Origin: Camelus dromedarius
Lineage: Eukaryota
Assembly (NCBI RefSeq): GCF_036321535.1
Contig: NC_087447.1
Location: 372,001 to 436,000 of the forward strand
Direction of reading: 5' to 3'
Length of the DNA stretch: 64,000 nt
Part shown: positions 28,790 to 40,104 of the stretch, piece after piece
Position numbering within the stretch: position 1 is the first letter of the stretch
How the letters are laid out: each line of letters begins with the position of its first letter
Translations under genes and position numbers: made by a program
Notes under the pieces: generated by a model
The model's database searches: none
What the model was told of the DNA's origin: nothing
Seen by the model: the letters and a program-made list of their open reading frames with translations, nothing else

Positions 28790-30600
28790 CTGCCCCACAT
28801 GGCTTGAGTGTGTCCTGAGGCTGCACTGGGCAGAGTCTCTGGGGTCTAGAACTTAAGACTCTTCCAGGGACACTGGGGAGTACCCTGAGCTGCCTGGGGC
28901 TGGCCACAGCCAGGGGTCCTGAGATAGGGGTCTCCCAGGGACCCGTGGTCAGTGGGTCCAAGGCTGGGGCTCCCAGGGTGTCGCATTTCAGGCTGCTGTG
29001 TCCATCCACACAGAGGAGAGGGGCAGCTTTCCTCTTTTGGGGGTGGGGCTCTCCTTGGCAGCATGAGCCTGCGGTTGAAGTTGGGATGGTCTGGGGGCTG
29101 AAGCAGCCACAGCAATGACCTGGGATTCTGTCTGGACCCCTTTCCTGCCTGGCTTCCCCTCCCTGGCCTGCTCCCCACCAGCGGCGGCAACTGCTGCTCC
29201 CTCTAGGGTGGCTCCTAGATTTGAGGACTCAAGGACATGCCAGACCCGTCCATCAGGTTTCCTGAGTTTGAGAGCTTGCGGGGGCAGGCCCCAGAGTCCT
29301 GGGGCTGCCAAGCTCAGGGAGCTTTGCTGGCCCCTTGAGGGTGTGGCCACCTCCGTTCCGACACCCCACCTCCATTCCCCAGGTGGGCACGAAGCCTGTG
29401 CTGCCTGCCTGCAGTCTTGGAATTGGGGCAGGGCGAGGTCCACATCATTTCTGGTCCTCGGTGGGCCACAGGCTCTCTGCTCTGAGAGCTGTGGCTGGAC
29501 TGGAGATCTCTGTGATGACAGAACCTGGGGGGCTCTGAGGCTGGGTTGCAGCATGCATATTGAGGAACAAAGTGTAGGGCACCCTAAATCATCAGAATCT
29601 TCGTGCTTAGTTTGGGGGTGGGCAACTTTGGGATGAACTCAACCTCCTCCTGGAGTGGCCCCTGTGCTGGGCCTGGTGTTCCCCACTTCCTTTGGGGTGG
29701 CCCAGAGGGAACACGAAGTCCTGAGCTCAAGGAGCAAGGAAACCACAAAGAGTACACAGCTCATGGGTGTAAACAGGACTGGGTACCAACTGCCTAAGAT
29801 GGAGCAGGGACAGGAGTGGCTGCACAGGCCAGTGGCAAAAGGAATCTAGTGTCAGAGGAATCCGCCCCAGCTTCCTCTGCAAAGCCCCCAGCCCAGTTCT
29901 GTGCCTGTCCACACTCCTGTGCCAACCCGCTGCCCAGCTCACAGCAGCCTGTACCCAAGGGCTGGGAACGGCCTGACCCGTGGCTCCAGATAGGGCCAAA
30001 CACAGGTCACACGGGGTATAGCCTCGAGTGTAAAGACTGATGGGGCCTCGCCCTGGGTGGGAGAGTGGGGACTGGAAGCAATCACTGCCAGGTCCGAAGG
30101 GACCTGTAGCCCCAACCTGTGCTCAGCAGGGTTGGATGTACCTCTGGGCACCAGCCCCGAGTCTCAGCAGGGGGTTATCTCCCAAGCTGAGCACAGGCCA
30201 TCAGTGGCTGGGCCAGATGCCATCCAGGGACCACCCTCCCACGCCCTTCCCAGTGTCATGCACACCCTGTCCCCAACCCCCCCCAAAGGGAAGTTGGCAC
30301 ACCCTGGTCTCTTGCATGTTTTCAGGGAACACCTCTTCCTTCCAAAGCCAATGCCAGGGACCTGTCCACCTCAGAGGGGATCCTCAGGCCACCACTGTGT
30401 TCTGGGGTGGGGAAAGGGGCAGAACTTTCTTCCCCTATGACTGTTCCAGGTGAACAAAACCCAACACCTCCCAAAGTTGCCAGAAGTGCATCAGATCACG
30501 GAGCAAATCTGAAAAGTTTACTTCTGAGTTTTAAACTGTGCTTTGAAAACTATGTGAGATGTGCTGAGGAGTGGAGAGGCCCAGCTCCCCCAGGCCAGGG

Positions 30601-30640
30601 CAGGGCCAGCCAAGCCAGGCCAGGGCCAGCCAAGCCAGGC
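30601..30640. repeat. Perfect 20-bp tandem duplication
   Basis: CAGGGCCAGCCAAGCCAGGC x2. Confidence 0.9.
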
Positions 30641-31693
30641 CAGCTCCCTGGAGCTGAGGCAGCACCCAGCCAGGGGGATGTCGAGGGCCGCCATCCTCAC
30701 TGTCGCTCCACAGGGCCAGGCTGTCGGTGGGCTGACCTCAGAGTGTCTGCTCACCCCCAGCATGGAAGTGCCCTCAAGGGCTGGCTGAGAACAGCAGGGT
30801 TCACTGAGGATCTCGCAACATAAGTCATCAACCGGTGGCAGCAAGTCCGCTCCACTGGTTCTCACCCCCAAGGCCACCCACAGCTCCCTGCGAAGCCGGC
30901 TCGGTGTGACACGCAGCACACCACATCGACCATTAGGACAGGGTCCCTCCGAAGGGGAGTCTAAGTCCACTTGAGGCCCTGACTAAGCCCCCCCTCCCCA
31001 CCAGGCTGCTCCACCCTCCACCCTCCACCCCCACGCCTGGGAGAGGAGATGAGGCCTGCCGAGGCGTCCTGGCATCTGCCCGCCCAGAGGCCGCTCTGGG
31101 CCTGCTCCACGACCAGATTTTCACAGTGAACTTGAGAATACACAACAGTGAAGGCGGGCCTGGGGAACCTCCACTTCTGGGAGGGGCACATCATTGGGCA
31201 GCACAAATGGGCCTTCAGAGTCCTGACTCCAAGAGTGGCCTTGCTGAAGGGGCAGAAGTGCACAAAAAAGCCAAATCTGCTACTGTCCTCCTCAAGAACG
31301 TTCCCAGAGGTGTCCCTCAAGAGGGTGGTTCTGGAGGTTCCGGTCCTGATGTCCCAGGGTCTGACCACAACACCCGTGCCTGCCCAGGGCTGCCTTCAGC
31401 TTGGCGGACATCCAGCAGGCCGTCCCAGGAGCCCTGCATATCCTGGCACCCTGAGATACACAGGGAAAAAAAGAGTTCCCTCCAAGAGAGCATCTGGGCC
31501 TACCCGAGCCCCCTCATGGGAGCAGCGAAGTCCTCTGACTGTCCCCCATTTCCCCCTCCCACCCCACTGCTGGGTGCAGACCGGCAAGCCCAGTCCATAG
31601 GGAAGCCCTGGCCTCCCACCCACCTAGGCGAGCACCCTCGACCCTGTATGGCCGTCCCCTGCCGGACAGAGAAGGGTCACTGAGGGGCCAGGG

Positions 31694-31803
31694 CGGTCGC
31701 GCTGCCCAGGGACAGATCAGCCGCTGTCACACGCACAGTGGGTCCGGAGCAGCGCAATGTGCAGTGGGCAGTGGCTGCCCTGCGCCTGGAGGGACCGCCG
31801 GCA
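31694..31803 (-). ncRNA. MIR210: pre-miR-210 hairpin; mature 3p at 31717-31738, 5p at 31755-31776
   Basis: Minus strand contains CTGTGCGTGTGACAGCGGCTGA, identical to miR-210-3p as I recall it, paired with 5p AGCCACTGCCCACTGCACATTG in a 110-nt stem-loop. Syntenic position. Confidence 0.97.
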
Positions 31804-31924
31804 GGGCGGAGGGGTCGTCCCCCACCCCAGACCCCTTCCTCTCCTCCAAACTGGCTGTCCGAGCCCGCTGCCCTTGCTCGGCCCGAGGTCCCGCCCGCCA
31901 GCCTGGGACCCCCTCGCGCGTCAC

Positions 31925-32330
31925 CTGCGACCCTGGCGCGGGGCCGTCGCCGGCTCTCGGCCCAACTTCGGTGGCGGCCGCGGCCCCCTCGCGCCCCCCG
32001 TCATCCTCGCGCCCCGCGCCCCGCGCCCGGCCCGTATGCAAATACAGAACTCCCGCAGCCAATGGCAGGCCGAGCCGGGCCCGCCCTGCCGCGCCGCAGC
32101 CAGTGGGCGCGAGCCGGGGACGGGTCGCCACGCCCACCGCCGCGCGGCCCCTCGCGGGCGCGGCCGGCGCGTTCTTTTCCGCACGTCGGCCTCGGGGCGG
32201 GGCCGCCACCTGCCGGGCGGGGCCTGCGGGCGCCGCGCTGCCGCCTGGCCCCGAAGCCGCTCCCCCGCCGGCAGAAGCGGGTGGTACGACCCTGGGCGCT
32301 ACCCCGAGGGCCCCCGCGGTGGAACAGCCC
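31925..32330 (-). ncRNA. MIR210HG: MIR210 host gene first exon (5' end approximate)
   Basis: Donor CAG|GTGACG at 31925/31924 just upstream of the hairpin (intronic miRNA). CpG island with HREs upstream. Confidence 0.5.
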
Positions 32331-33611
32331 AGCCGCCTCCTCGCAGCCGGATCCCGCCGGGCTCCCGGGCACGTAGCCCGGGCATCGCCCTCGAGATCAC
32401 CTGCTGCCCGCACCCCCTGCACCCACTCCGGGGCGGTCCGGCTGGCGGCAGGGGGCTCACACAGGCCGACCCAGGGGACTCCTGGTCACTCCTGTGGGAC
32501 CTGTCGCCATTAAAGGCTCTAGTGCGAGTCCAGAGGGTCGACCGCACCGGGCACAGGGCCCTGGGCGGCTCGTCTGCATCCTTTGCCCCATCCTATTCGG
32601 GCATTGAAAAGGGGTAAATCAAGGGAACAGACTGTTTCAGATTTGGAGTTACCAACTTCTGGTGGCGCCCCCTTCTCTTCACACTCTTCTCCTGGCCTCC
32701 GGAGGCCGAATTATGGGTCACTGGGACCCCTAATTGGGCAGAGAAGTGCCTGATCCCCTTTGTTCCTGGCACAGAGGTTCTCATAAGACGCTTGTGTCCC
32801 TCTCCTCAAATAAGCAAGCGCTCCCCTCTTCCCCAACCTCCCACAAATCAGCCAGAGTCTCTGGCATCTGCCTCAGAGCCTGGTCTTCCCTGGAGGACCC
32901 CATTCTCCTGGCTCCAGGCAGCTCCAAAGGACACTTCTGCCCCCACTGTCAGACTGGTCCTTGGCCCAGGGGCAGCACCTTCTCAGCCTCAGCCACCCTG
33001 GAGGTTCTCCTGTAGCCCTCCTGCCCTTCAACTCACCGCCCTACTCCTTGTCCCCACTGCATCCCACTTAAGCCTGGGCTGGAGCCCACCAGCTGCCCTA
33101 AAACCAGCCTGATCCTCCTGCACCCTTTCCACCATCTCAGTCATTTCATTTCTTCCTTCAGAACTGTTGCCCAGGTGGCTAAGTGCTGAGGCTCCAGGGA
33201 TGCATCTGGCCCTGCCTGGGACCTCAGGAGCATGAAGCCTAAATGTAGAAATTCAAGTGCAGTGTGTTGTGGGGTTTGGTCCTATGGATGGGGAGGGAGC
33301 ACAAAGGAACAAGGAGCCGGAACAGTTCTATTGGGGTCAGAAGTTGAGGGGTTTGCAAAGCCTGGACTGTGTGGGTCTTGAAGGAACACTTAGGAATCTG
33401 TGGGATCCCTGAGGAGGCCCACACCTTCAGGACAGGGCATGACTGGAGATTCACAGACAGGGCAGAGGTCTGGAGAGAAGAAGTCTAGGATTCAGGGACA
33501 AGGACAGGCCAGAAGTCAGGGTGACTCCAAGTTCCTATCTTGTCCTGCTGGTATGACCCCCAATAGTGCCCCCCAGTCCTGCTGGTTCTGACTTCACCCC
33601 TTATCACTCTC

Positions 33612-34157
33612 TGTAGTAGGCTGAATGGTGGTCCCAGACAAATTTATGTTATATCCCAATGCCTAGACCCTGTGAATGTTGCTTTACATAGAAAAAGGGT
33701 CTTTTCAGCTGTAATTAAGTTACAGATCTTGATGAGATCATCCTGGATTATCTGAGTGGGTCCCGATCCAATGATGAGTGTGCTTATAAGAGACAGAGGC
33801 AAGAGACAGATACAGAGGGAGGAAGGTCATGTGGAAACCAAGGCAGAGATTGCGGTGAGGCTGCCGCAAGCCAGGGAAGCCTGGAACCAAAAACCAAAAG
33901 CAGCAAGAAAGGATTCTCTCTCTAGATTTCAGAGTGAGCACAATGCATGGGAATAGGGCTCAGAGGTACAGTGTGTGCTTGGTGTGCAAGAGGTCCTGGG
34001 TTCTAACCCCAGGGCCTCTGTGGCAGAGGGAGGGAAGACACAGCTATCAGCCTAGATTTTGGACTTCTGGCCTTCAGGAATGTCAGAGAACAAATGTGTT
34101 GTTTTAAGCCACCCAGTCTGTGGTCATTTGTTATGGCGGCCCCAGGACACTGATACA
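33612..34157. mobile_element. MLT1 (MaLR) solo LTR interrupted by a SINE
   Basis: TGTAGTAGGCTGAATGGTGG...gagatcatcctggattatc...ttttaagccacccagtctgtggtcatttgttatggc...CTGATACA. Confidence 0.85.
33949..34040 (+). mobile_element. tRNA-derived SINE (camelid-type as I recall it)
   Basis: GGGAATAGGGCTCAGAGGTACAGTGTGTGCTTGGTGTGCAAGAGGTCCTGGGTTCTAACCCCAG with Pol III A-box and B-box (GGTTCTAACCC). Confidence 0.7.
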
Positions 34158-35079
34158 CCAACCTTCCTAAGTTACGGAATGCAGACCTGTGCATTTGCAC
34201 AGGCCTGATGACAGGGGAAAGGGCTGGCCAAGGGAGCTCCTTGTGCAGCTCCACCCTTCCATACACACATGGGAAGGGGCATGCACACAGTGTCTGGGCC
34301 AGCACACACCTGGGACCCAATGAGGGCTCAGGGTACAGGTCTGTGAGGGGCATGTGGGCAGAGCACACATGCGTGTCCTTGCCTGGCACTAGCATGAGAA
34401 GCGGCAGTGAGTGGCCAGCCATTGTGCCTGGGGGCGACAACACTGAAGGTGGAGTACACAAGGAAGGTGCATACATGCACGTGGGAGGTGAGTTGTTTGT
34501 TGGGTGGGTGGGTAGAGGGTGTCAGGTGGGAGGTACAGATATGTGCCTATGCTCCCAAGAGGTAGCAGCTTTGCTGAGTTTAGGACCAGACCAGTGGTTC
34601 TGGCAGTTCCCTGGGGACATATCTCGGTCTGCGCAAAGGATGGCATGGCTGGGTAGGTTGTGCACTGCGGACATGTTTGCAGCTCATCACGGATACACGT
34701 TTCTCATGACAATTTTCCAGCAACCCTGAGGAGCAGCTGCAGATGAAGGTGGGAGGGGCTGGTTCCTCTCCAAGGGTGCTCCAAGTTGGCCATAAGCTGC
34801 TTGTCCCAGACCTTCTCAGGAGCTTCAGTGGAGTGATGCCAACCCACCCCCATTTGGGACTCTCCACTGTACAGGGTCCTTACATCTCGTGGTCTCTGGC
34901 AGGAAGGCATGTGCGTGTAGAAGGGCTGGCACAGACCAGCCACTCCCCCCACCCCCAACAGAGAAGATTTTTCTCCAGGCTCCCTCACTTCTCTGGCACC
35001 ATCCACACCCATGCTTCCTTTCTGCAAAGTCCTTTCTAGAACTTGTAAGCATGGGGATTATTTCTCCTGTTGCAAACAG

Positions 35080-35925
35080 AAAAAACAAAACCACCCTCTC
35101 TTGGTGGGATACTTCTTAGTGGCCTCCACTTTTGTTTCCCACTCGGTGCTGCTGTCTGATTATTCTCCTCCCATTCTCTTTAAACTCTCTCCAGCTCCCC
35201 CACCCCCAGCGCTGCTCTGCGCCTGACCCCCATCTCCCTCCACTCAGAGGTTCTCCTGGATGCGCCTTCTCCTTCTGGCTTCCAGAAACCCTCTCCTGGT
35301 TTCCCCCTTTTATCTGGCATCTCATATCTAACCCCTCAGCAAATTCGCTTCAGTTCTGCCTTCAGAATCTACCAGGAGCAGATAGCTTCCCACACAAGCG
35401 CTGCCCCAACCTGAGCCCGCACCACGGTGGCCCCTGACTCACCTAAGTGGCTTCCTGACTGGTCCCCCAGGTCTGCCCCAGCAGCTTCAGTCTGTTCACA
35501 CGCTGCCGCCCCCGGGGACTCTATAGGCCAGCACCTGTCATCCCTGCTCATTACCCTCCAGTGCCCCCGGAGCCTCTGGCCGCTCCCCGCCTGGGCCCAC
35601 CCTCGTGGGCCTCCCTTGTGGGTTCCCGGTTGCTTCTCCGAGATCTCCCCACGGCTGCCCCTCTCTGCTCTCACGTCTTGGCCATGTCCATCCTCACCAG
35701 CCACCACTGGCCAGTCCTCTCTGCTCCCGCCGCGGATCCTGCTCTGCTTTATCTTTTCATCAGAGCACGAATCAGCTTCTCACACACCACGCGGCGTAGT
35801 GATTCGCAGCGTTCATTGTTTACTGTGTCTGGACCGGACTGGACACGGGTCTGGGGGCTCGTCCTCGCTGCGCCCAGCGCCGGGGAGAGCCCGCGCAGAG
35901 GGCTCCATCAGTTTGGCCAGAGTGT
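35080..35925 (+). mobile_element. L2 LINE 3' portion
   Basis: cagcaaattcgcttcagttctgccttcagaatct...ttcctgactggtcccc, and an L2-type tail near 35880-35925. Confidence 0.6.
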
Positions 35926-36369
35926 ACGGACGGCGCGAAGCCGCTGGTCCCGAGAGCGCCACCACAGCGGCCAGGCCGGACTGTAGGCGGCTCGCGCTCT
36001 GGGTCTGGCGGATGGAGAGGTGGGCGGCGGCGATGGGGGCGGGTCACCGAGTGGGGGCGGGGCCCGGGCTGTAGGCGGGACCCTAGGTGTGCAAGACGGC
36101 CGCTCCCATTCGCTCCGGGCGGCCGGCGAGGGTCGGACTATGCCATCTTCCTGACGGGGGAGGACAGCCCGGCACAGCCCCCTAGCGGGGGCTTAGATAC
36201 CTAAAGTTCTCCCAGGAAACTGGTCCCCTTGGAAAATGCTAACGCTCTAAACTGTATTTCCAAGTCTTGAGATCCCCGACTGCAGGGAGTGGCTCCTTCC
36301 TCCACCTCAGGCCCTTTTTCCCCGCCCGGGTCCCAGTGGTTTCTGCCAACGGGAGGGGCGGGAGGGCCC

Positions 36370-36529
36370 CGGAAGCCGGCTCCATGCACTTCCGGGTCGA
36401 GGAGCGCGCGGCGGCGGCGGCGGCGGCAGCGGCGGCGGAGGCGGCGGCGGCGGCCGGGCCTAGTCGTGGCTCTCGCTCGGGCGGCGGCGGCGAGCGTCCA
36501 GGAGCGGCCAGCGGGGCTCGAGGTTCCGG
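36370..36529 (+). other. PHRF1: PHRF1 exon 1 (nominally non-coding, contains GCG repeat)
   Basis: Donor CGG|GTATGT at 36529/36530. TSS approximate. Confidence 0.7.
36408..36455 (+). repeat. Interrupted trinucleotide repeat (GCG)6 GCA (GCG)3 GAG (GCG)4 GCC
   Basis: Read directly from the sequence. Confidence 0.95.
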
Positions 36530-36934
36530 GTATGTACGAGGGCTGCGGCCTCCCGGGGTCCCTGCCGCTCCCCGTCCGGAGCGCCGGCCCGGGCGCCGCG
36601 CGCTTTGTCTGCGGCCTGCTCGGCGGTGCGAGGCCTGCGCCGCGCTGGCCCCGGGCGGGCGGCAGCAGCAAGGTGCCCGGGCGGGCGCGGGGGACCTCGC
36701 GCAGAGGCTGGGAGTCCCCGAGCCTGCAGGCGGGTTTCGGGGGTGGCCGCCTTCCTGTTCCTGGTCGTGGGCATCTCGCCGCCTGGTCCTGTGACACCCG
36801 CCTCTGCGCTGTCGCTTTCCCCGCGCTGAGCGTGACCCTTTGCCAACTCGTTTCCGGCTCCTGGTCGTCATGCTTTTATCGGCTTCGTCTGTGTTTTGAC
36901 AGGCCCTTGTGGTTTACAGGGTGGTTTCCCGTTC

Positions 36935-37100
36935 CTTAACTCACGTAGTCTTCACAGCAGTCTCTCGGGAGTAGGTATTGGCCTTCCTGTTTTACAGCTA
37001 AATAGATTGGAGCCCAGAGAGGTTAAGTAACTTGCCAACGTCACACAGCTACTGAGCGCAGAGCCAGGGCACTGTGTTAACCCAAGCCTTGATTCCTGGT
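36935..37100. mobile_element. MIR SINE
   Basis: Core gcccagagaggttaagtaacttgccaacgtcacacagcta. Confidence 0.85.
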
Positions 37101-37101
37101 C

Positions 37102-37123
37102 CTTTTTTTTTTTTTTTTTTTTT
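37102..37123. repeat. Poly-T tract (about 22 nt)
   Basis: Read directly from the sequence. Confidence 0.9.
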
Positions 37124-40104
37124 AACGAGACTTGTAGCACTGTCAACGTTGGAGTTTATATATTCTTGTTTCTTCAGCATCAGAGTAGTAGTCGGCCTGG
37201 TGAGCCACATTTTGGCCAGTGGTTGGCTGGACAGAACCTGAAGCTGAAGTGAGATTTGACCTGGGACTTGGCACACCTTCCCTCTCCCTGGACCACTCGG
37301 CATTTTTTCTTACGGGAAGAATGTTGAGTCAGAATGACAGCAGCTGGTTCTTTCTTTGCACCTGGCTGGTGGCGAGGCCCTGGCTGGGCCAGCCTGGCTT
37401 TCGTTTTCTCAGCAGCCCTCCAGCATGGACTCCTGGTGTCCATCCCAGCCCTGCAAAGACATTTATGGCCCTAGCTTATTGACTTCCGCTGCAGATTACA
37501 GTTTTGAGGTCTTGTAGCCTCTGTGGAGACGATGAATGAAAAATGACAGTGGGCCTGGTGTGAGGTGTGGGACCAGGCAGGCTTATTCAGGGCCTGGCAG
37601 TGGGCACTCAGGTTGTGGTCCTGGCACAGTTGCCAGTCACCACACCAGGAACCTTTTGGTTCCTTAGCAATGGCTGGAATTGCAGGTGTTTTGGGTGTTG
37701 GAATTTGGAAAGAGAAATAACTCTTTCTGGCATAAAATTTCCCTCTAACTCCCCCAAATCGGGAGGCGGAGCGGGAAAACCACAGAGCACTGCCAGCGCT
37801 GACAAAGGTGGCCAGCAACCGAGAAGGGCAATGGGCTTTACTGACCATTGGTTTGGAACATCTGAGCAGAGGTGGCAGGCATGTCTGAGCTGGGGCTGCT
37901 GGTGGGGCCAAGAGGTCCTAAGTGGGGGTCCCCATTAACACTTGCTCTGACGAGAAAGGGGGTGCTGGGGGTTGCTCACTGTGGTTTCCTCCTCAGTATT
38001 TGTACAAGTGCTTGCTCTGGAAGGTACCTTTGGAGGCCCCCGGGCGCCGACAGAAGTTACTCTTGTGTGACTACACGGGAAGGGATGCTGCTCCCCCCAC
38101 ATGACTGAAGCTTGCCTGCTGCCTGGGGGAGGGTGTGAGGAGGCCTTTGGAGATTTTCTCACCATCTATGATGGGGGTGTACATGGCTCTCGGGACTAGA
38201 CCCCCCAGCTGTGGGGACACGGGGAGTTGAGCCTCATTCCTGAGCTGTATTTCTGGCAAGCCCAGTGTGCCAGAGCCAGCGGGCCTCACTGACCTCTGCT
38301 GGCAGTGCTGTGATGCAGGCCCTGCCTCTCACTGCCCCTCACAGGCAGACCTAGGTCTCAGTCACCCAGGAAGAAGCTGGGGCTGTTTGTACTTTTGACC
38401 TTGTGTGTGTGAACTGTCCCTAGCAGGTTACGTGTTCTGAAGTTTTCCCTGTTAGCTTCATGGGTGTGAGCACTTATCTCCCTCAGTAGGTTGTGTTTCT
38501 CCAGGGCAGGAACCATGCTGCACACCAGTAGGGGCAGAGCGGGTGTTAGAGCAGGTGTCCCAGAATGACGCTGTCAAGTCCAGTCACAGCTGCAGCCAGA
38601 GGGTGACAGGTCCTCTTACATGCAGTGGTGCTGCAGCCATTGTGCTCACGGGAAAGGCGTCATCCTCCTAGACAGATGGTGGCACCATCATGTCCATTAG
38701 TCTGTGTTTCTCTAGCAGGAGTTGTGGCCAGGACGCAGGTGTGGGGCAGGTAGGGCCCCTGCTGTGTCGCTGATCCGTCAGGTGTTGGGGGTGCAGACCC
38801 TTAGCGGGTCTGTGGGCTGACTGTGGTGGATTTTCTTAATCTTAGGGTACTAGGAAGAAGAAAAGTGGGAGCTTTAGGAGGTCAGTAATTCCACAAAACC
38901 TCCTTAGTTTACTTTTTCCAGATAGAAGTTGCCCTCACCATTTAGAAAACATCTTCCTAGAATCCAGGCTTTGTATGGGAAGCGAGGCCCTCTGGGGTCT
39001 GAATCTGGCCTCAGCACCACCAGGAGACTGTCCTTTGGGGGAACCTGTACAATCTCTGCTGATTGCCAGGTGCACGGGAAGCGTGTATGGCCCACGGGAG
39101 AGGAGCCTGCCTGTGGAATGAGCCTTTCCTGGTTTCTGGGCACACCACTGTCAGCTCAGCCCCCTACCCCTGGTTCTTGCTTTGCCCCTCTGCCTTCTGG
39201 TCTCTCCTGTGACCCCTTTCCTTTGACCACGGAGACCAGACTTGGTCGGAAGCACACTCTGACAAGGAGAGGCGTTTCTTCCCTGTGTTGTTGTTGAGAA
39301 GGGTTTCCTCTCAGGGTCACCTGGAAAGTGAGGTGAGCAGCACTGATGGGAAAGGAACCCTGATTAGGAGACCAAAGTTGGAGGCCCTGGTGTGGGAGGG
39401 TGTTTGTGTCTCACTACAGTCTACATCTGTGAGGGCATTTGTCCAGGTTCTCTGCGTTGTCCTTGCAGTGGCCTTGCGGCACAGACAGGACAAGTGTCCC
39501 CACTTGGAGATCAGGAGCCTAGGAGCAGGTGCACACGGCAGCTGAGAGCCAGACCTCTGCTCACCGTGGGCCTGTGCGGCTCCTGGGCAGTCAGGTGACT
39601 CTTCCATGCCCCGTGGACACTGGGGCGAGGTCGGGGGGCCTCCCAGCGGTAGTCAGGTGCACGAAGGCTGGCTGACTGGCCTTGGCTGAGGGGGGTGTGC
39701 TAGGGGATGCGGGGAGAGGGCTCTGCTGGTCACCTGGGACCTTCTGATGACCCCCTCTGTTGAGGTCCTGCTTTGCCTCAGCTCGTGATAGGCCGTTTCA
39801 CTGGCGCCTGGCAAGGGGGTACCCAGGGAGAGTTGAGGTGTGGCAGGTGCCTGATTGAGCAAGAATGCCGCCAGTCTGAGGCTAAATTAGCTTCGTTGTA
39901 AGTTGAGATCTGGCTCTGAATGTGGCTCTGTCGATAGGAGCCGTCTGCATGTGTCCATGTACAGTTCTGTGTGCACTATGTCTCCCTGTCCTGGGGTGGA
40001 TGCATGTCACCAGGCATGCCGTGTGTACAGAGTGACTGTCGCCTGGGACGGTGCAGAATGATTTGACTCTGGTTTCTTTCAGAGCTGAACTCCAATGTCC
40101 AGCA

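Larger units (their letters stand above)
31680..32600. promoter_or_regulatory. MIR210HG CpG island with hypoxia response elements and an octamer
   Basis: RCGTG cores on the minus strand at 32181-32186 (ACGTGC) and 32369-32375 (TACGTGC); ATGCAAAT at 32036-32043; CCAAT at 32059. Confidence 0.8.
35800..36900. promoter_or_regulatory. PHRF1 promoter CpG island
   Basis: CpG-dense; ETS sites CCGGAAG (about 36369) and CTTCCGG (about 36389); YY1-like GCCATCTT at 36142-36149; CTCF-like motif at 36177-36188. Confidence 0.85.

Noticed and set aside
30517-30522. AGTAAA on the minus strand as the MIR210HG poly(A) site
   Set aside because: Single variant hexamer with no supporting exon structure; cannot be assigned from sequence.
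31126-31683. 185-aa ORF antisense to MIR210HG
   Set aside because: No recognisable motif or Kozak support; ordinary for about 65% GC DNA.
33949-34025. tRNA gene
   Set aside because: A and B boxes are present but there is no intact cloverleaf, and it is inserted in an LTR: a SINE.
36267-36794. 175-aa unspliced ORF through PHRF1 exon 1
   Set aside because: Runs through the strong 36529 donor into the intron. Only the spliced in-frame portion from ATG 36384 is kept as a finding.
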